Shown here: piece after piece, positions 1 through 12,601 of the stretch
Numbering within the stretch: the stretch's first letter is position 1
How the letters are laid out: every line of letters starts with the position of its first letter
Source of the DNA: Octopus vulgaris
Taxonomy: Eukaryota
Length of the DNA: 64,000 nt
Assembly (NCBI GenBank): GCA_951406725.2
Contig: OX597815.1
Span: 110,174,001 to 110,238,000, forward strand
Reading direction: 5' to 3'
Program-made: the position numbers and the translations under genes
The notes under the pieces: model-generated
Databases searched by the model: none
What the model saw: only the letters and a program-made list of their open reading frames with translations
Told to the model about the DNA's origin: nothing

Positions 1-620
1 TTGGCTACACAATTGATTGTGACGAATGCAGGCTGTGCGGTAATAAAAGTGAAACTCTATGGCATATAGTAATTGAGTGCTCAAAGTTGGCGAAAATAAA
101 AATTATTTCATAAGAAGATACAAAAATGTGCAAAAATGAAGATACAAGGGTGATTAATTGGGAGCTGCGTCTCAAGCATGGGTTGGATACAACAAAGACG
201 TGGAAAGGAAGATCCTAAAAAGAGTAATTAAGAATGACAAGGGAAAGTTAATGATCCAGTATGATCACAAAAGTGAACATCGACATCCAGACAGAGTGGA
301 CGAACAAAAGTTTTTAATCATATAAACTGTATACCGTGAAGACTACACGATATCGGAAGAAATATGATGATTTGAAGTGGGAAATGAAAAAAAAAACTGT
401 GGTCATACCAGGTGAGTGTTTTACCCACTGTTGTTGGAGCCTTGAATACTTATACGCACGAATCTCGGAAACGGGACAGAAAAGATACGTATAAACGTAA
501 AGATAGAGCATTTACAGAAAACAGTGTTGCCCGGAACAGCACAAATTATCTGAAGAGTTCTCGATATAAGAATGAAAAATATTACCTCAGTCCACAGGTT
601 GCGGACAGCTGACACCTTGC
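1..620 (+). mobile_element. Degraded 3' end of an R4/Dong-type REL-endonuclease non-LTR retrotransposon
   Basis: From 18 reads CDECRLCGNKSETLWHIVIECSKLA (CCHC knuckle). Frameshifted blocks follow: VINWEL, MIQYDHKSEHRHPD, KYDDLKWEMKK, SVLPTVVGAL, which match the REL domain motif order. Confidence 0.8.
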
Positions 621-699
621 TACATTCTTCAGCGAAATTGCCGTGTTGTTCAAAAGTAATAAAAATGATGATGACGACAACAAATATTACTTCTTTTGT

Positions 700-753
700 A
701 ACCACTACCACCACCACCGCCACCACCACCACCACCACCACTACTACTACTAG

Positions 754-792
<39 letters not shown>

Positions 793-907
793 CGCTGCTA
801 CTGTTGATGCAGTTGCTATGAGTAATCATAAGTATTGGGAGCAGAAGAAGAAGAAGAAGAAGAAGAAGAAGAAGAAGAAGAAGAAGAAGAAGAAGAAGAA
901 GAAGAAA
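700..907. repeat. Compound trinucleotide microsatellite (ACC)/(ACT)n and (GAA)n
   Basis: Directly visible. Confidence 0.95.
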
Positions 908-1530
908 TTCTTCTGTTGTGCATTGAAATGCATTGTGATAGTACACTTATTGTTAAAATGCCGATTTTCGTTCCACAACATCGTCACTCCTGAAAATGGG
1001 TGGAGTTGCTAAAGAATAAAGCTTTTGTCTCTGACTAGATGTAATGGCTGATTTTTTCATTGTTTTCTAAAATATTACTTAAATTCTTAGGACCACTAGT
1101 TTCATTCAATGTTAAGCGCAGGAAACGATATGGGAATTATAATGTGCTCAAGAAATTTGTGAAAATAGTTAGAAAGATTATGTTATTTAATCAATAGAAG
1201 AACTTAAGTATACGCACAACACACAAAATCAAGGAGACAAAATTACTCTCTCGTTCGCACGCACAGCATCAACATTAATTGCAAAATATAGTCACCTTAT
1301 ACACCTACATTAATAAACACATACGTATGTGTTGGTGTGTGTGTGTGTGTGTGTGTATTTATGTATATACACATATGGATGCATGCATGTTGGTGTGTAC
1401 CTGTTTGTGTGTGTTTGCTATCGACATCATTGTAATGTTCCGATTTATGAAATTACGAAATCCGCATCAAAACATCCATCCATCCATCCATCCATCCATC
1501 CATACATACATACATACATACATACATACA

Positions 1531-1593
<63 letters not shown>

Positions 1594-1595
<2 letters not shown>

Positions 1596-1965
1596 AGGCG
1601 TAATGGCCCGATGGTTAAGGCACCGGCTCGCAGTCGTAGGATCGCCGTTTCGATTCCCAGACCGGGCGTTGTGAGTGTTTATTGAACGAAAACACTTAAA
1701 GCTCCACGAGGCTCCGGCAGCGGTTGGTGGCGAACCCTGCTGTACTCTTTCACCACAAATTTCTCTCACTCTTTCTTCCTGTGTCTGTTGTACCTGTATT
1801 TCAAAGAGCCAGCCTTGTCACAGTCTGTGTCATGCTGAATCTCCCTGGTTAAGGTTACATGCGTCTGTGGAGTGCTCAGTCATTTGCACGTTAATTTCAT
1901 GAGCAGGCTGCTCCGTTGATCGGATCAACTGGAACCTTCGTCGTCGTAACCGACGGAATGCCGCG
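1594..1965 (+). mobile_element. tRNA-derived SINE (family A, probably tRNA-Arg/octopus OR-like), tail type 1
   Basis: GGAGGCG start, A-box-like TGGCCCGATGG and B-box-like GTTTCGATTCC. Head and body are shared with copies at 38971, 46537(-) and 61947. Confidence 0.85.
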
Positions 1966-2083
1966 ATATATATATATATGTGCTCAATAAATTTGTGAAA
2001 TAGAAAGATTATATAAATTTGTGAAATAGAAAGATTATGTTATTTAATCACAAAATTACGGAGACAAAATCAGTCTGGCTCAC

Positions 2084-2331
2084 AACATGGGTGGCAAATT
2101 CACAATTTTACAACCTAAAGGCAGAAATATGCACATCAGTAAAGGGAACAAGGGCACTGATGAGCAGCAATTTTGCTAGAAATAAGAGTCAAAATAGTGC
2201 TTTTTGTGGCTATTGAGTTGTTTGAAGTCTTACTTCTAACAATTCTAGTGCTGATTAGTGCCCTATTTCACTTTAGTGACGTATATATTTCTGCCTTTCG
2301 GTTGTAAAATTGCGAATTAGTCACCCATGTT
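2084..2331. mobile_element. Palindromic MITE-like element
   Basis: AACATGGGTGGCAAATTCACAATTTTACAACCTAAAGGCAGAAATAT... pairs with the reverse complement of 2248-2331 over about 85 bp, and more loosely towards the centre. Confidence 0.75.
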
Positions 2332-2423
2332 ATTAATAATTCTCGCACTATCGTTTATGAAATATGCTTATGATTTAACGGTTATCTTATAAGCTGACAA
2401 AATGAGATGAGTTTAATCCTAGG

Positions 2424-2505
2424 TGCGGTGAGAGCTACTGATGAGCGTTAAGATGCGTTAAGCATCAAAATGCGAAATCATCGGTGATCTAGCTCTGCGA
2501 CCGTA
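2424..2505 (+). ncRNA. Type I hammerhead ribozyme
   Basis: Stem I AGAGCTA (2431-37)/TAGCTCT (2490-96); core CTGATGA (2438-44); stem II GCGTT-aa-GATGC-gttaa-GCATC-aa-AATGC; GAAA (2474-77); stem III TCA-tcgg-TGA; AUC cleavage triplet ending at 2489; distal stem I TGCGGT/ACCGTA. Confidence 0.88.
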
Positions 2506-2698
2506 GGGGGATTCTCTCCATTGTCTTCTCATTAAGATAGTGTTCTTTGTGCTTTGAGTTGTAGCGAACTTGTAAGGAGACTTTAGGGTACCTGTTTATA
2601 TTTTCTACCGCCCTGGCTTCCATGTTTACCCTTTCATTTTCATGGGAGAGTCTGATTTTATTCTCAGTCTCTAAGAAATCCATTTTGAGGTAGGGCTT

Positions 2699-2825
<127 letters not shown>

Positions 2826-2931
2826 GTATATATGTATGTGTGTGTATATACATATATGTATGTATATGTATATATATATATGTATGTATATATATACATA
2901 CATACATATATATATATATATACACACATAC

Positions 2932-2963
<32 letters not shown>

Positions 2964-2969
2964 ATATGT

Positions 2970-3415
2970 ATAAAATTAGAGTCAACAAGAAAGGGTACGG
3001 ATTGACATTCATTTTTTTAATGACTGCAATTGTTTCCACACAACGTAGTTCTCCAGGTAGGTAATTGACCATGCAGCTGGTTTCTTGCATTACTAGATCT
3101 AGTTGTGTTTCTTTAGGTGATGTGTAAATATTGTCTCTGTAAGTTTGAAATCCTCAGCTTCAAGGACGTCCCCTCTCTCTGTCGTGGCCCGAAGTTACTA
3201 GCAGTCAGTGATCTTATCAGGATGTGCTGATGCTGAAGGGTCGTTGATAAACTGCTTTGAATATGTAAATGTGGTTGGGTGGTGAATTTGGTACTGTTAA
3301 AATGGTTGCTGTTTTAAAGGGATTAGCATTTTACTCGTTTCTACTGCTGATTTGTTCTTCATGGTTGGTTACACATCCGATTTTTCTTAGCTGATCTTTA
3401 AGATTCAACGCTCGG
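2970..3415 (-). mobile_element. Possible degraded Penelope-like element 3' end
   Basis: Minus-strand fragments NHEEQI and NHFNS resemble the PLE GIY-YIG C-terminus. They are followed by a hammerhead-like CTGGAGA...GAAACAATTG, then ATTAAA and a (TA)n array. Confidence 0.4.
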
Positions 3416-3498
3416 ACACATACACACATACACACGCACACACACAAACATACATTCACGTATAGATACTCACACACACACACATACACACACACACA

Positions 3499-3568
<70 letters not shown>

Positions 3569-3827
3569 AACATCTGCATATACATATACATACGCTCATA
3601 TATACGGATATGTACGTGCACTCACATACATTTATATAAGCATACCTACACGCGCATGCATATACACACATAGATGCTCGTGTATGCATACACACAAATA
3701 CACACATATATATCTACTTTCATACATACACATGCACACTGAGCCATACATATAAATATATATATTCACTCACATATTCATATATACAAGTATACACACA
3801 CACAAACACAAACACACATACACACAT

Positions 3828-3862
<35 letters not shown>

Positions 3863-4266
3863 CTCTTTTACTTGTTTCAGTCATTTGACTGCGGCCATGC
3901 TGGAGCACCGCCTTTAGTCGAGCAACTCGATCCCAGGACTTATTCTTTGTAAGCCCAGTACTTATTCTATCGGTCTCTTTTTGCCGAACCGCTAAGTAAC
4001 GGGGACGTAAACACACCAGCATCGGTTGTCAAGCAATGCTAGAGGGACAAACACAGACACACAAACATATACATACACATACATACATATATATACATAT
4101 ATACGACAGGCTTCTTTCAGTTTCCGTCTACCAAATCCACTCACAAGGCATTGGTCGGCCCGAGGCTATAGCAGAAGACACTTGCCCAAGATGCCACGCA
4201 GTGGGACTGAACCCAGAACCATGTGGTTGGTAGGCAAGCTACTTACCACACAGCCACTCCTGCGCC
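3863..4266 (-). mobile_element. SINE family B (tRNA-like head, CORE-like ..CTTGGGCAAGT, internal TA/TG microsatellite), full length
   Basis: Closely similar to copies at 12601, 31452, 61001 and 61446. Tail is GGCGGTGCTCCAGCATGGCCGCAGTCAAATGACTGAAAC. Confidence 0.9.
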
Positions 4267-5828
4267 TATATATATATAATATATATAATATATCCAGGCG
4301 TGGCTTCTCAACCACATGGCTCGGGTTCAGTCCCACTGCGTGGCTTCTTCGGCAAGAGAGACGACTATGTCGGGAGTGATTGAATAGAGAGTTTCTACTG
4401 GTTTGTTGGTGGAAGAAAATCTCAACTTGTTGTTGATACATAATGTTATCGTTCACGATGGTGAAATGGAGGTTGAATTGAGCGTTTCTGTCAGCACTGG
4501 CACTTTGGCAGAAGCAACTGGAACAGGTATCGGTAAGCGGCTCTCCCAGTGTTCTAACAACAGCACCAATCTTGGACTAGTAATTAATTTATTTTACTCG
4601 GAAAGTTGAACTGTTTCACGTATTTCTCGTCGATGCTTACATCTTACGCTGATATACTAAGGTGAAAATAATACACACTCACGAACATGTGAGAGACTAT
4701 AACAAAGGATATTCACTCATGGTGTTGCGCATTAGAATCGTACTCGGAAGCGCCAGTTTTCGCTTTAATTGCAAACGTTTTAATTGTAAAGCCACTTTCA
4801 TATGTTCTTACTGAACAACAACAGTGGAAACTAACTATTCTAGAAAGCCTGCGAAGATAATTGATCATGTAAAGGTCTCGTTCTGCATGGAAAAAGGGCC
4901 ACGAGATATTATGAAGATTTATACAGATTTAATACCTAGCTTTGTAGCAGGTTTTGATCTTTGTTTCTTCAAGAAGGTCATTAATAACGTAATTGCTGTA
5001 GCAACATAGGACTTCTAGTCTCTCTCTCTCTCTTCCCCTCCTTCTTTCTCTTCCTCTCCCTCTTTCTCCCCCTCCCCCCAACCCCCAACCTCTCTCCCTT
5101 CCCCTTTCTCACTCTTTCATAGCACGCACACTGCACACAGGCAGCAGATCGTATGGTAATTAATCATAATGGTATTTGGAAGATTTCCATAAAGAAAGTT
5201 TATGACTTAATATATTCTTCCAACTGTATTGTCTAGCAGACTAACTCATTGTAATAAGTAATTGCTTTATGTATTACAATAGTCAGTAACTAAGAAACAT
5301 TTCAGTGACTAGAATAACACTTCCGCTAAAAAATTACTTTCTTGTATCAAATAATTGGAATGTCGATGAAATTCAAATACAGTCTATTATGTACAAAAAC
5401 AAAGGTTTTGTGCTGTATATAAATTTAAATATGCAATTGTAGTTACACTTAAATATAGGTTAGGGTAGAGTCAAACATAATTTGAATGATATATAAATGA
5501 AAAATCTAACAATATAATATTCAGAGTTATATGTATAGATACTGCCTACAAAAATAGAGAAATGAATTGCATACATATGATGTAAATAACAAACGTATTT
5601 CTATACACAGTCACATATATTTACTTACGAAGGTATATACATACATACATGGATTTGGATCCCGCTTATAGCCAATCTTGCCGGTGCGAGCCTTGCCCAA
5701 GACAAAGAATTCGGAGTTTGAATTCAAATCCTTTTGATTACCATGTCTTTTTCTTGTTTTTACTGAATAAACTCAGCTCTCACTATTGTGTTTGTCTGTC
5801 GGTATATATATATATATATATAAATATA

Positions 5829-6154
5829 CGAGCAAAGCCCCTTGCGTCCAATGGACGGTGCTGAGTTGTCAAACATTTAAACCAAATTTTCTCAAAACAA
5901 CTTGTTAATGATTTAATCTAAATTTGAGACACCAGCAAAAGAAGAAATAAAGATAGACTTTAAGCTATTCCAAGAAAAACGATTTTACAAATGCACGTTC
6001 CCGCGGCATTCTCACCTGGAATCGATTTTTGTAATTTTTTCAAGACTTATACACGCCCTGATACCGTCGGTATCTACATATCAAATTTGAGCTCAATCGG
6101 ATGGAGGATGCCGGAGATCCTAGAAGACAGACAGAACGGATTTTATATAATAGA
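5829..6154 (-). mobile_element. Non-autonomous Helitron
   Basis: Minus strand begins a|TCTATTATATAAAA..CTGTCTGTC and ends with hairpin CGTCCATTGGACG and CTCG|t (decayed CTAG). Same layout as 59670-59968. Confidence 0.65.
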
Positions 6155-6165
6155 TATGTACATAT

Positions 6166-6208
<43 letters not shown>

Positions 6209-6231
6209 CACACACACACAAACACACACAT

Positions 6232-6263
<32 letters not shown>

Positions 6264-7350
6264 GTATACATATATATGTGATTTATAATATATATATGTA
6301 TATATATATATATATGTTCATATGTGAACACACACACATACATCTGGTTATGCATATAAAATGCATATGCGTGTGTATGTGCGTCGTGTTTATTACTTAA
6401 AAACATTTGGCAGATGGCTAGACTTTGAATGTATATACAGAGATTAATTTCAAATAGGATTCGTATGGATTTGATGTTAATTTCAGCGTTGTGTCTAAAG
6501 TTTTGGGAGAGATCAGGCCAGTTCCTGTTGTTATATTCACGTCGAATCATCTGAAGGTGGCTATGATTTGTTTACTTGGATGTGTTTGGTGCTCATCCAC
6601 TCTTACCATCAGCATACCTCAAGAAATCTACTCTAGTGTAGTTTCATATCTATTCCAGTTCATGCAGGGAAACAGGCTTACAACATTTATCTAATCCTAG
6701 CGCCGTTGTAGAACTTCAGAGGAAATGTTGAACGCTTCGCGACGTTTTTTTTTAGTTAGCATTCATTATGTGTGTGTGTGTGTGTGTGTGAGTATGTATG
6801 GATTTTGTATATGTTTGTAATGTGTCTATGTGTATGCGTGTACATTTGAAGGTTTGTGATTGAGTGGATGTTTTTGTGTATATCTGTGTGTTCGTGCGCG
6901 TGTATATTTGTATATGTGGTTTATTGTGCGCTTTTGTTTGTTGTACTTGCCAAGTTGCCAAATTGGCAACAAGAACACATAATATATCAACGAATTCTTT
7001 ATTTAAAATATAGTGAAAATAGAAGAGGGAATTTGTCAAATAAAATAAAGGAAACAAAATAGTAAGAACGACACGCTCAAAACAAAATTAAAACAAATAA
7101 CAAAAAATAACAAAAAAGTTAGCAATTACATAATAGTTTCGAATTTCCATACAAAGCCAACATATTTTCGGGGGTGGCGGGTAGTATTAAATAACTTTTA
7201 TGCCAGTATTTCACTGATATTTTGCTAATTTTGACAATGGCGTGATTTGAAAGCAAGAGTTGAAATACAAATAGCAAGGTATTTTTTCTCTTCGCTTTAA
7301 AGATTCTGACAACAGCCAACTTTAATTAATGCATACTTAATTGTTTTTAA

Positions 7351-8758
7351 CACGTCGGCTCACCCACGTCCTGCCGGTAGGTCGTGGTGGTGTGTTAGCG
7401 AGTCCCGCTTGACCCACCACCGGATCGTTTTTGATTTCATTCCTATAGGCTGTATGAGAGATAGTATGCACCAATTGCTTTGATTTGTGCTTTTTGTACG
7501 AGAACAAATTTTTATAGATTTTAAAAATATATTTTTTTGTTTTACTTCTGATTTCTCCTTGTACTAAGGTAAAATATAAGATTGAGCATTGAGAAAATTT
7601 TATTTGCCAATGAAGCAAAAATAGCTAGTTCGATTTAGAAAAAATTGGTAGATTTTCAAATAGAAACAGAAGGTAAGGAAAAATAGATTTACTAGCCATG
7701 GAAACTAAAATAGTTCTTTTTCAAAAGATTTCGAGATCTTCCAACCTAAAAATTTTAATTGACCAATATTCCTAGTTAAGACAAAGAGAAGGATTACCTG
7801 TGCATCAGTACAATATGTGTTTACTCTTTTGTGTTTTTTTTTAATCTCCTTCCCTTGCACTCGTTGTTATACTCATTTCGCTGTAACAGCCTAGACATCT
7901 TTTACGAACTATTCTGTTCGATCTGTCCCTTTCACTGCATCTTTTCAAGTTATGGCGGGTACTAGTGCTTGCAGCTCTTGGTGGGTGATTGTTCACATCA
8001 CAGAGTGATTCAATAATAGAGTTTCTAAACTCGGCAATCTGCACTTACTGCTGATTGTTCTTTCGAAGTCTCACTAAAGTATTTACTACAGGTGTGTTGA
8101 GCAGGTATTCAAAAACTGGTGATACCATCTGCTACCCTCTTGTGATACCCTCTGATGCTAATGTAAGAGCTTTTTCGAAGTAGCTCGCCATTTGATCAGA
8201 GATATCTATTTCCTGTTTCAGTGCATTGTAGCAGAGAATTATTTCTAGCTTCTTTACTTCCTTATCATTCACTCTTCACCATGTTTCCTTGAAGCTAAGC
8301 GCGTGTTTCCTAGATAACATTTGTACATCACGCCAATCTTTCCACTTTGCCACTACAATTCCATCATATTGTTGCATGTCAGTAATTTGTCCTTTATGGA
8401 GCCTTTTAGAATACCTGGTATAGCTAACTTATATCTATGTTTGCTAATCGAGATTATGCTAATTTGCAAATTATAGGCTATTAATAACCTGAAAAGAGAG
8501 AAACAAGAGTCAGTATGCATGTAATAGTTATATCTCTAAATTTCCACACAACCCACGGGTAAGTCGTGTGATATCTAGGATGTGATATGAATTTCCACAC
8601 GACCCATCCGGTAAGACGTGGGTCGCTAACTCTACCTAAATGATCCTTTTCAAATATGGTATAGTGTAAAAGTATTACGCTGTTCATGTCAAAATTAATT
8701 AAGATATCGGATTGGGATTATGGTATAAAACGTAAAATGAGGCTAGGGAGCCAACGTG
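7351..8758 (-). mobile_element. Internally deleted, degraded piggyBac transposon
   Basis: TTAA on both sides (7347-50, 8759-62), TIR CACGTYGGCTC, subterminal inverted repeats 7362-88/8595-8623. Minus-strand peptides VAKWKDWRDVQMLS, YNALKQEIDISDQMASY, VVN and Cys-rich RKRCLGCY. Confidence 0.9.
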
Positions 8759-8879
8759 TTAATCTAAGCACGCGTTACTACAGTTTTCAAGAAGGGGGTT
8801 AGCTGATACCATCGACCTATTACGTACAACAACAACAACAACAACAGGAACAATAACAATAACAATAATAGCAATGGTT

Positions 8880-9345
8880 TTAAAGGATGAAAGGCAAAGT
8901 TGACCTCGGTGGAACTAAAAACTGACGAAATGCGGCTAAGCATTATGCCCGGGGCGCTAACGAGTCTTTTTTTCTCTAGGCACAAGGTCCGCAATTTTGG
9001 GGGTCGGGGCCAGTCGATTAGATCGGCCCCAGTACTCAACTGATACTTAATTTATCCACCCCGAAAGGACGAAAGGCAAAGTCAACCTCGGCAGAATTTG
9101 AACTCAGAACGTAAAGGCAGATGAAATAACGCTAAGCATTTCGCCCGGCGTGCTAACAATTCAACCAGCTTGCTGCCTTCGCCTTACTATTAATAATGAT
9201 AGTAATAATTTCAATGAAGGGTTTAGTCGTTGAAATCGATCATGCACTTGACTGGTACTAAATTTCATCGAGCTACACGAAAGGTATAAGGTAAATTTGA
9301 TCTCAGAGGTATCTGAACTCGTAAGAGTAATGGGACGTCAATCGC
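8880..9345 (-). mobile_element. Three tandem copies of SINE family C (Nin/Deu-domain-like), partial or degraded
   Basis: Repeated reverse complement of GTTCAAATTCYGCCGAGGTYGACTTTGCCTTTCRTCCTTTCGGGGT, shared with 34661, 35544, 57455 and 60363. Confidence 0.8.
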
Positions 9346-10302
9346 CACCACTGTTCAAATAAATAAATTCATTAATAGAGAAATAATAAGAAAAATGCAT
9401 CGAAATAAAGCGTCTAAATAATGCAGGGAAAAATAAAAATGTGAATGAAATAAATATATAAATAAAAATAACGGCACTAAATTTAACAAGACACACGGGA
9501 GCAAGTAGGCCAACACAGGCCTATTAATATGGTCTCTCTGTTGTGCAGATAACACAAACACAATGCCTGTTGGCAAAAGAACGTTTTTTTTTTTTTCAAG
9601 AAAGTATGGCAAAAACAATAAATGTAGAAGTTGAGTGCACGTTGAGTGCTGGTTGTTTTATCCACAAAAGACCAACGTAACTATGAGCCGTCCTCAAGTT
9701 TCCTACACCCAAATATATATAGCTGTTATTGTTATTCTCAGAAGTGTATTAGCTGTTCGTTTTATGTATGTCTGTGAGTGTTTGTTGCTAATGTTGTTGC
9801 TGTTGCTGTTGCTATTGTTGTCACTCTTGCTAGCTTTTTGTGAGTAATTTTCGTATATGTCTGCGTGTGTGTCATGTCTGTGTATTTTATACTTTTGAAA
9901 GTTTTTGCCTTTTCTTTCCATTATCTTTTTCTTTTCTTCGGCATTACTCTCTGTACATGCTTCTCTTAAACTCTCTCTCTCTCTTTCTATCTCCCTTTTT
10001 TCCTGACTATCTCCTTTTTCGTTTCTCCCTTTACCACTATAGAGCAAAAGTTGCACATTGCAGGGTGCCCGATTTCTCGGCAACATAACAGACAGCCATG
10101 TTTTACAATGGAGTTGCTGGGGACCCCTGCTACTTACCGCTAATGTCTCAGGTGTGGCTAAAGTAACAACGCTACAATACACGGCTCGGTCAGCCAAATC
10201 TGCTTGGATATCTAACCATATTTAAAACCATCTGTCGGGAAGTAATGTCAGATCATTACCATCATTACATACAAAGTGCGAGTGCACACACACGCACCCC
10301 CA

Positions 10303-10386
<84 letters not shown>

Positions 10387-10465
10387 TATGTGCGTTTACA
10401 CACACTGAGTATAAAGAATATATGTATGTATGTATATACACAGATAAATATACATACGTACTTAT

Positions 10466-10497
<32 letters not shown>

Positions 10498-10959
10498 GCA
10501 CAAAATGTGTGTATATGTGCTTCCATAATTGTTATTAAATGTGCACTGTATGTGTATGTGAGTGCATACATATGTATGTATGTATGCATGCATGTATGTA
10601 TGCATGAATGCATGCATATACATATAGTTGACCAAAAAGTTTGTGAGCCAGAAATGAAGCAGGCAGTCATATATAGGTAACAGACTAGTACATTATTATT
10701 TTTATCGTTTATATAAATTGTAGCTCTTGATACGCATATAAGCAAATGGTTTCATAGCAGAGATAAATCGAATCCACCATTCATCAAAAGTGGCTGTATG
10801 GAATAGTTAGGCTTGGTTCTTTGTCAATAGCGCCCTGAATGCATCAGGTCCGGTTGATGCGTCTTAATATTTTGTAAAAACCGGAACGAAATTCGTGAAT
10901 GAAAGCACCCAGAACAGACCAAAATGAAATGAGCAAAAGTCGGTTTAGTTTGTCCATCG

Positions 10960-11750
10960 GAGTTATATGAAGGAGGGTGAATTTAACCGAGACACTGGTA
11001 CATAGATATTTTACGGAAACCAAATGTGAGTCTGACATGTTAATAAATCTTTCTGCCATTCAGCCATAGCTTTTGGGAAACTGGTGAAGTCAGTTCAGAA
11101 GGAGAGTTTCAACCTATCTTCGGACAAAGAAATCTACGACGCCACGGCCCAGTCCTACAATGCGGTCTTGGTTGCCAGTGATATGAAATATAAGCTTGGT
11201 TACATGCCTTTTACTAACCAAACCAAGAGAGAAAATGCCACCGTGAGGTTATATAGTTTACATTCCTATTTTTTCATATTGTAACAAACTTATGTAGGCA
11301 TGATAATTATTTTACCCCAGACATATAGTTACTGAGAAATCTTTAATATACATATTTTGAGGGCCTCTTTTAGTTATGCACCTCGCATAAACAAAATATA
11401 AGCAAATACGCCCAAACTTAACACAGAGGTCAACAATAAATGGGCAACATAATACTGAATCTGGCAATACGAGGCACAGGAAGTGTTGAAGAATCTCATT
11501 CGAGTGACCAAAATACAGAAATAAATAAGTGCAACGGACGGCCTTTTCATAACCAGGGCTCATTACCACAATTCCTCGTTAAATATCAAAGAAAGCCGTA
11601 ATGCTACAAATCTGGCAAGACATGTATGGAAATTTAAAGGAAAACGCCTCATTACAACATGAGTTGAAAAGCACTGAAAAATCGCAAACTCTACTTGACA
11701 GTGAAACGCATTATATTGAAGAACTCCAGTCGTTCAGAGTTCTAATTGAT
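10960..11750 (+). mobile_element. Degraded Penelope-like element (RT thumb to GIY-YIG region)
   Basis: Peptides LSSDKEIYDATAQSYNAVLVASDMKYKLGY and HNSSLNIKESRNATNLARHVWKFK match remembered PLE motifs LSSxxxxFxxAxxxYxxAL and TxLSKxIWxLK. Confidence 0.7.
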
Positions 11751-11970
11751 ATATAAGAGTGAACCGTTTATCTCCTCCACCATCACCGTTACCCTCATCA
11801 TAATTTGAGGAGATAGCTTGAGTTTGTATCCTTCGTCATCTAACATTTACGAATACAAGCCTATACACATGGTTACAAAAGTTGATTATGAGTTAACGGG
11901 AGTTTTCTATTGCTTTACCTTATTAAAATATTATGTAATGAAATCGGTCTGTTCTTTTTGAATAACCCTG

Positions 11971-12003
<33 letters not shown>

Positions 12004-12004
12004 T

Positions 12005-12080
12005 TCATTTAAAAGCAGCAGAAATATCACAAAAAAATGTTAATCAGAGTTTCACGTTCCCGTTCGTCGGACAGTTTATA
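12005..12080 (-). repeat. Short interspersed repeat with hammerhead-like core, probable PLE end
   Basis: Second copy at 14805-14875. Minus strand reads CCGACGA-acggga-acgt-GAAAC. Confidence 0.5.
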
Positions 12081-12082
12081 TA

Positions 12083-12128
<46 letters not shown>

Positions 12129-12133
12129 CATAC

Positions 12134-12220
<87 letters not shown>

Positions 12221-12537
12221 AACATACATTCATACATACTTACAAACACATATCTATACATATAAATATTTTTCAAATTAAAGATGAGAAATTAGACAGG
12301 TTCGACAATTCAAACACATTAGAATATAAACCGAATCAAAAGGAAGAATTAAAATATATTTAATATATCTCTAATTAGAAAGTTCAACACCGAGACAATA
12401 CTAAAAATTTCAAACACCAAATATATTAAAAATATATGTTCGTCAAATTAAGAAAATCTATACAAAAACATGAGAAATATATATAAACATATTAAAAGGT
12501 ATAGTCCTACAATATAAATATATCCTTATATACATAC

Positions 12538-12600
<63 letters not shown>

Positions 12601-12601
<1 letters not shown>

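Noticed and set aside
1594-1670. tRNA gene (also at 38971 and 61947)
   Set aside because: The cloverleaf is imperfect and the sequence continues into a SINE body and tail.
1143-2075. Short direct duplication (1143-1250 versus 1980-2075)
   Set aside because: The similarity is real but AT-rich and gapped, most simply an old local duplication.
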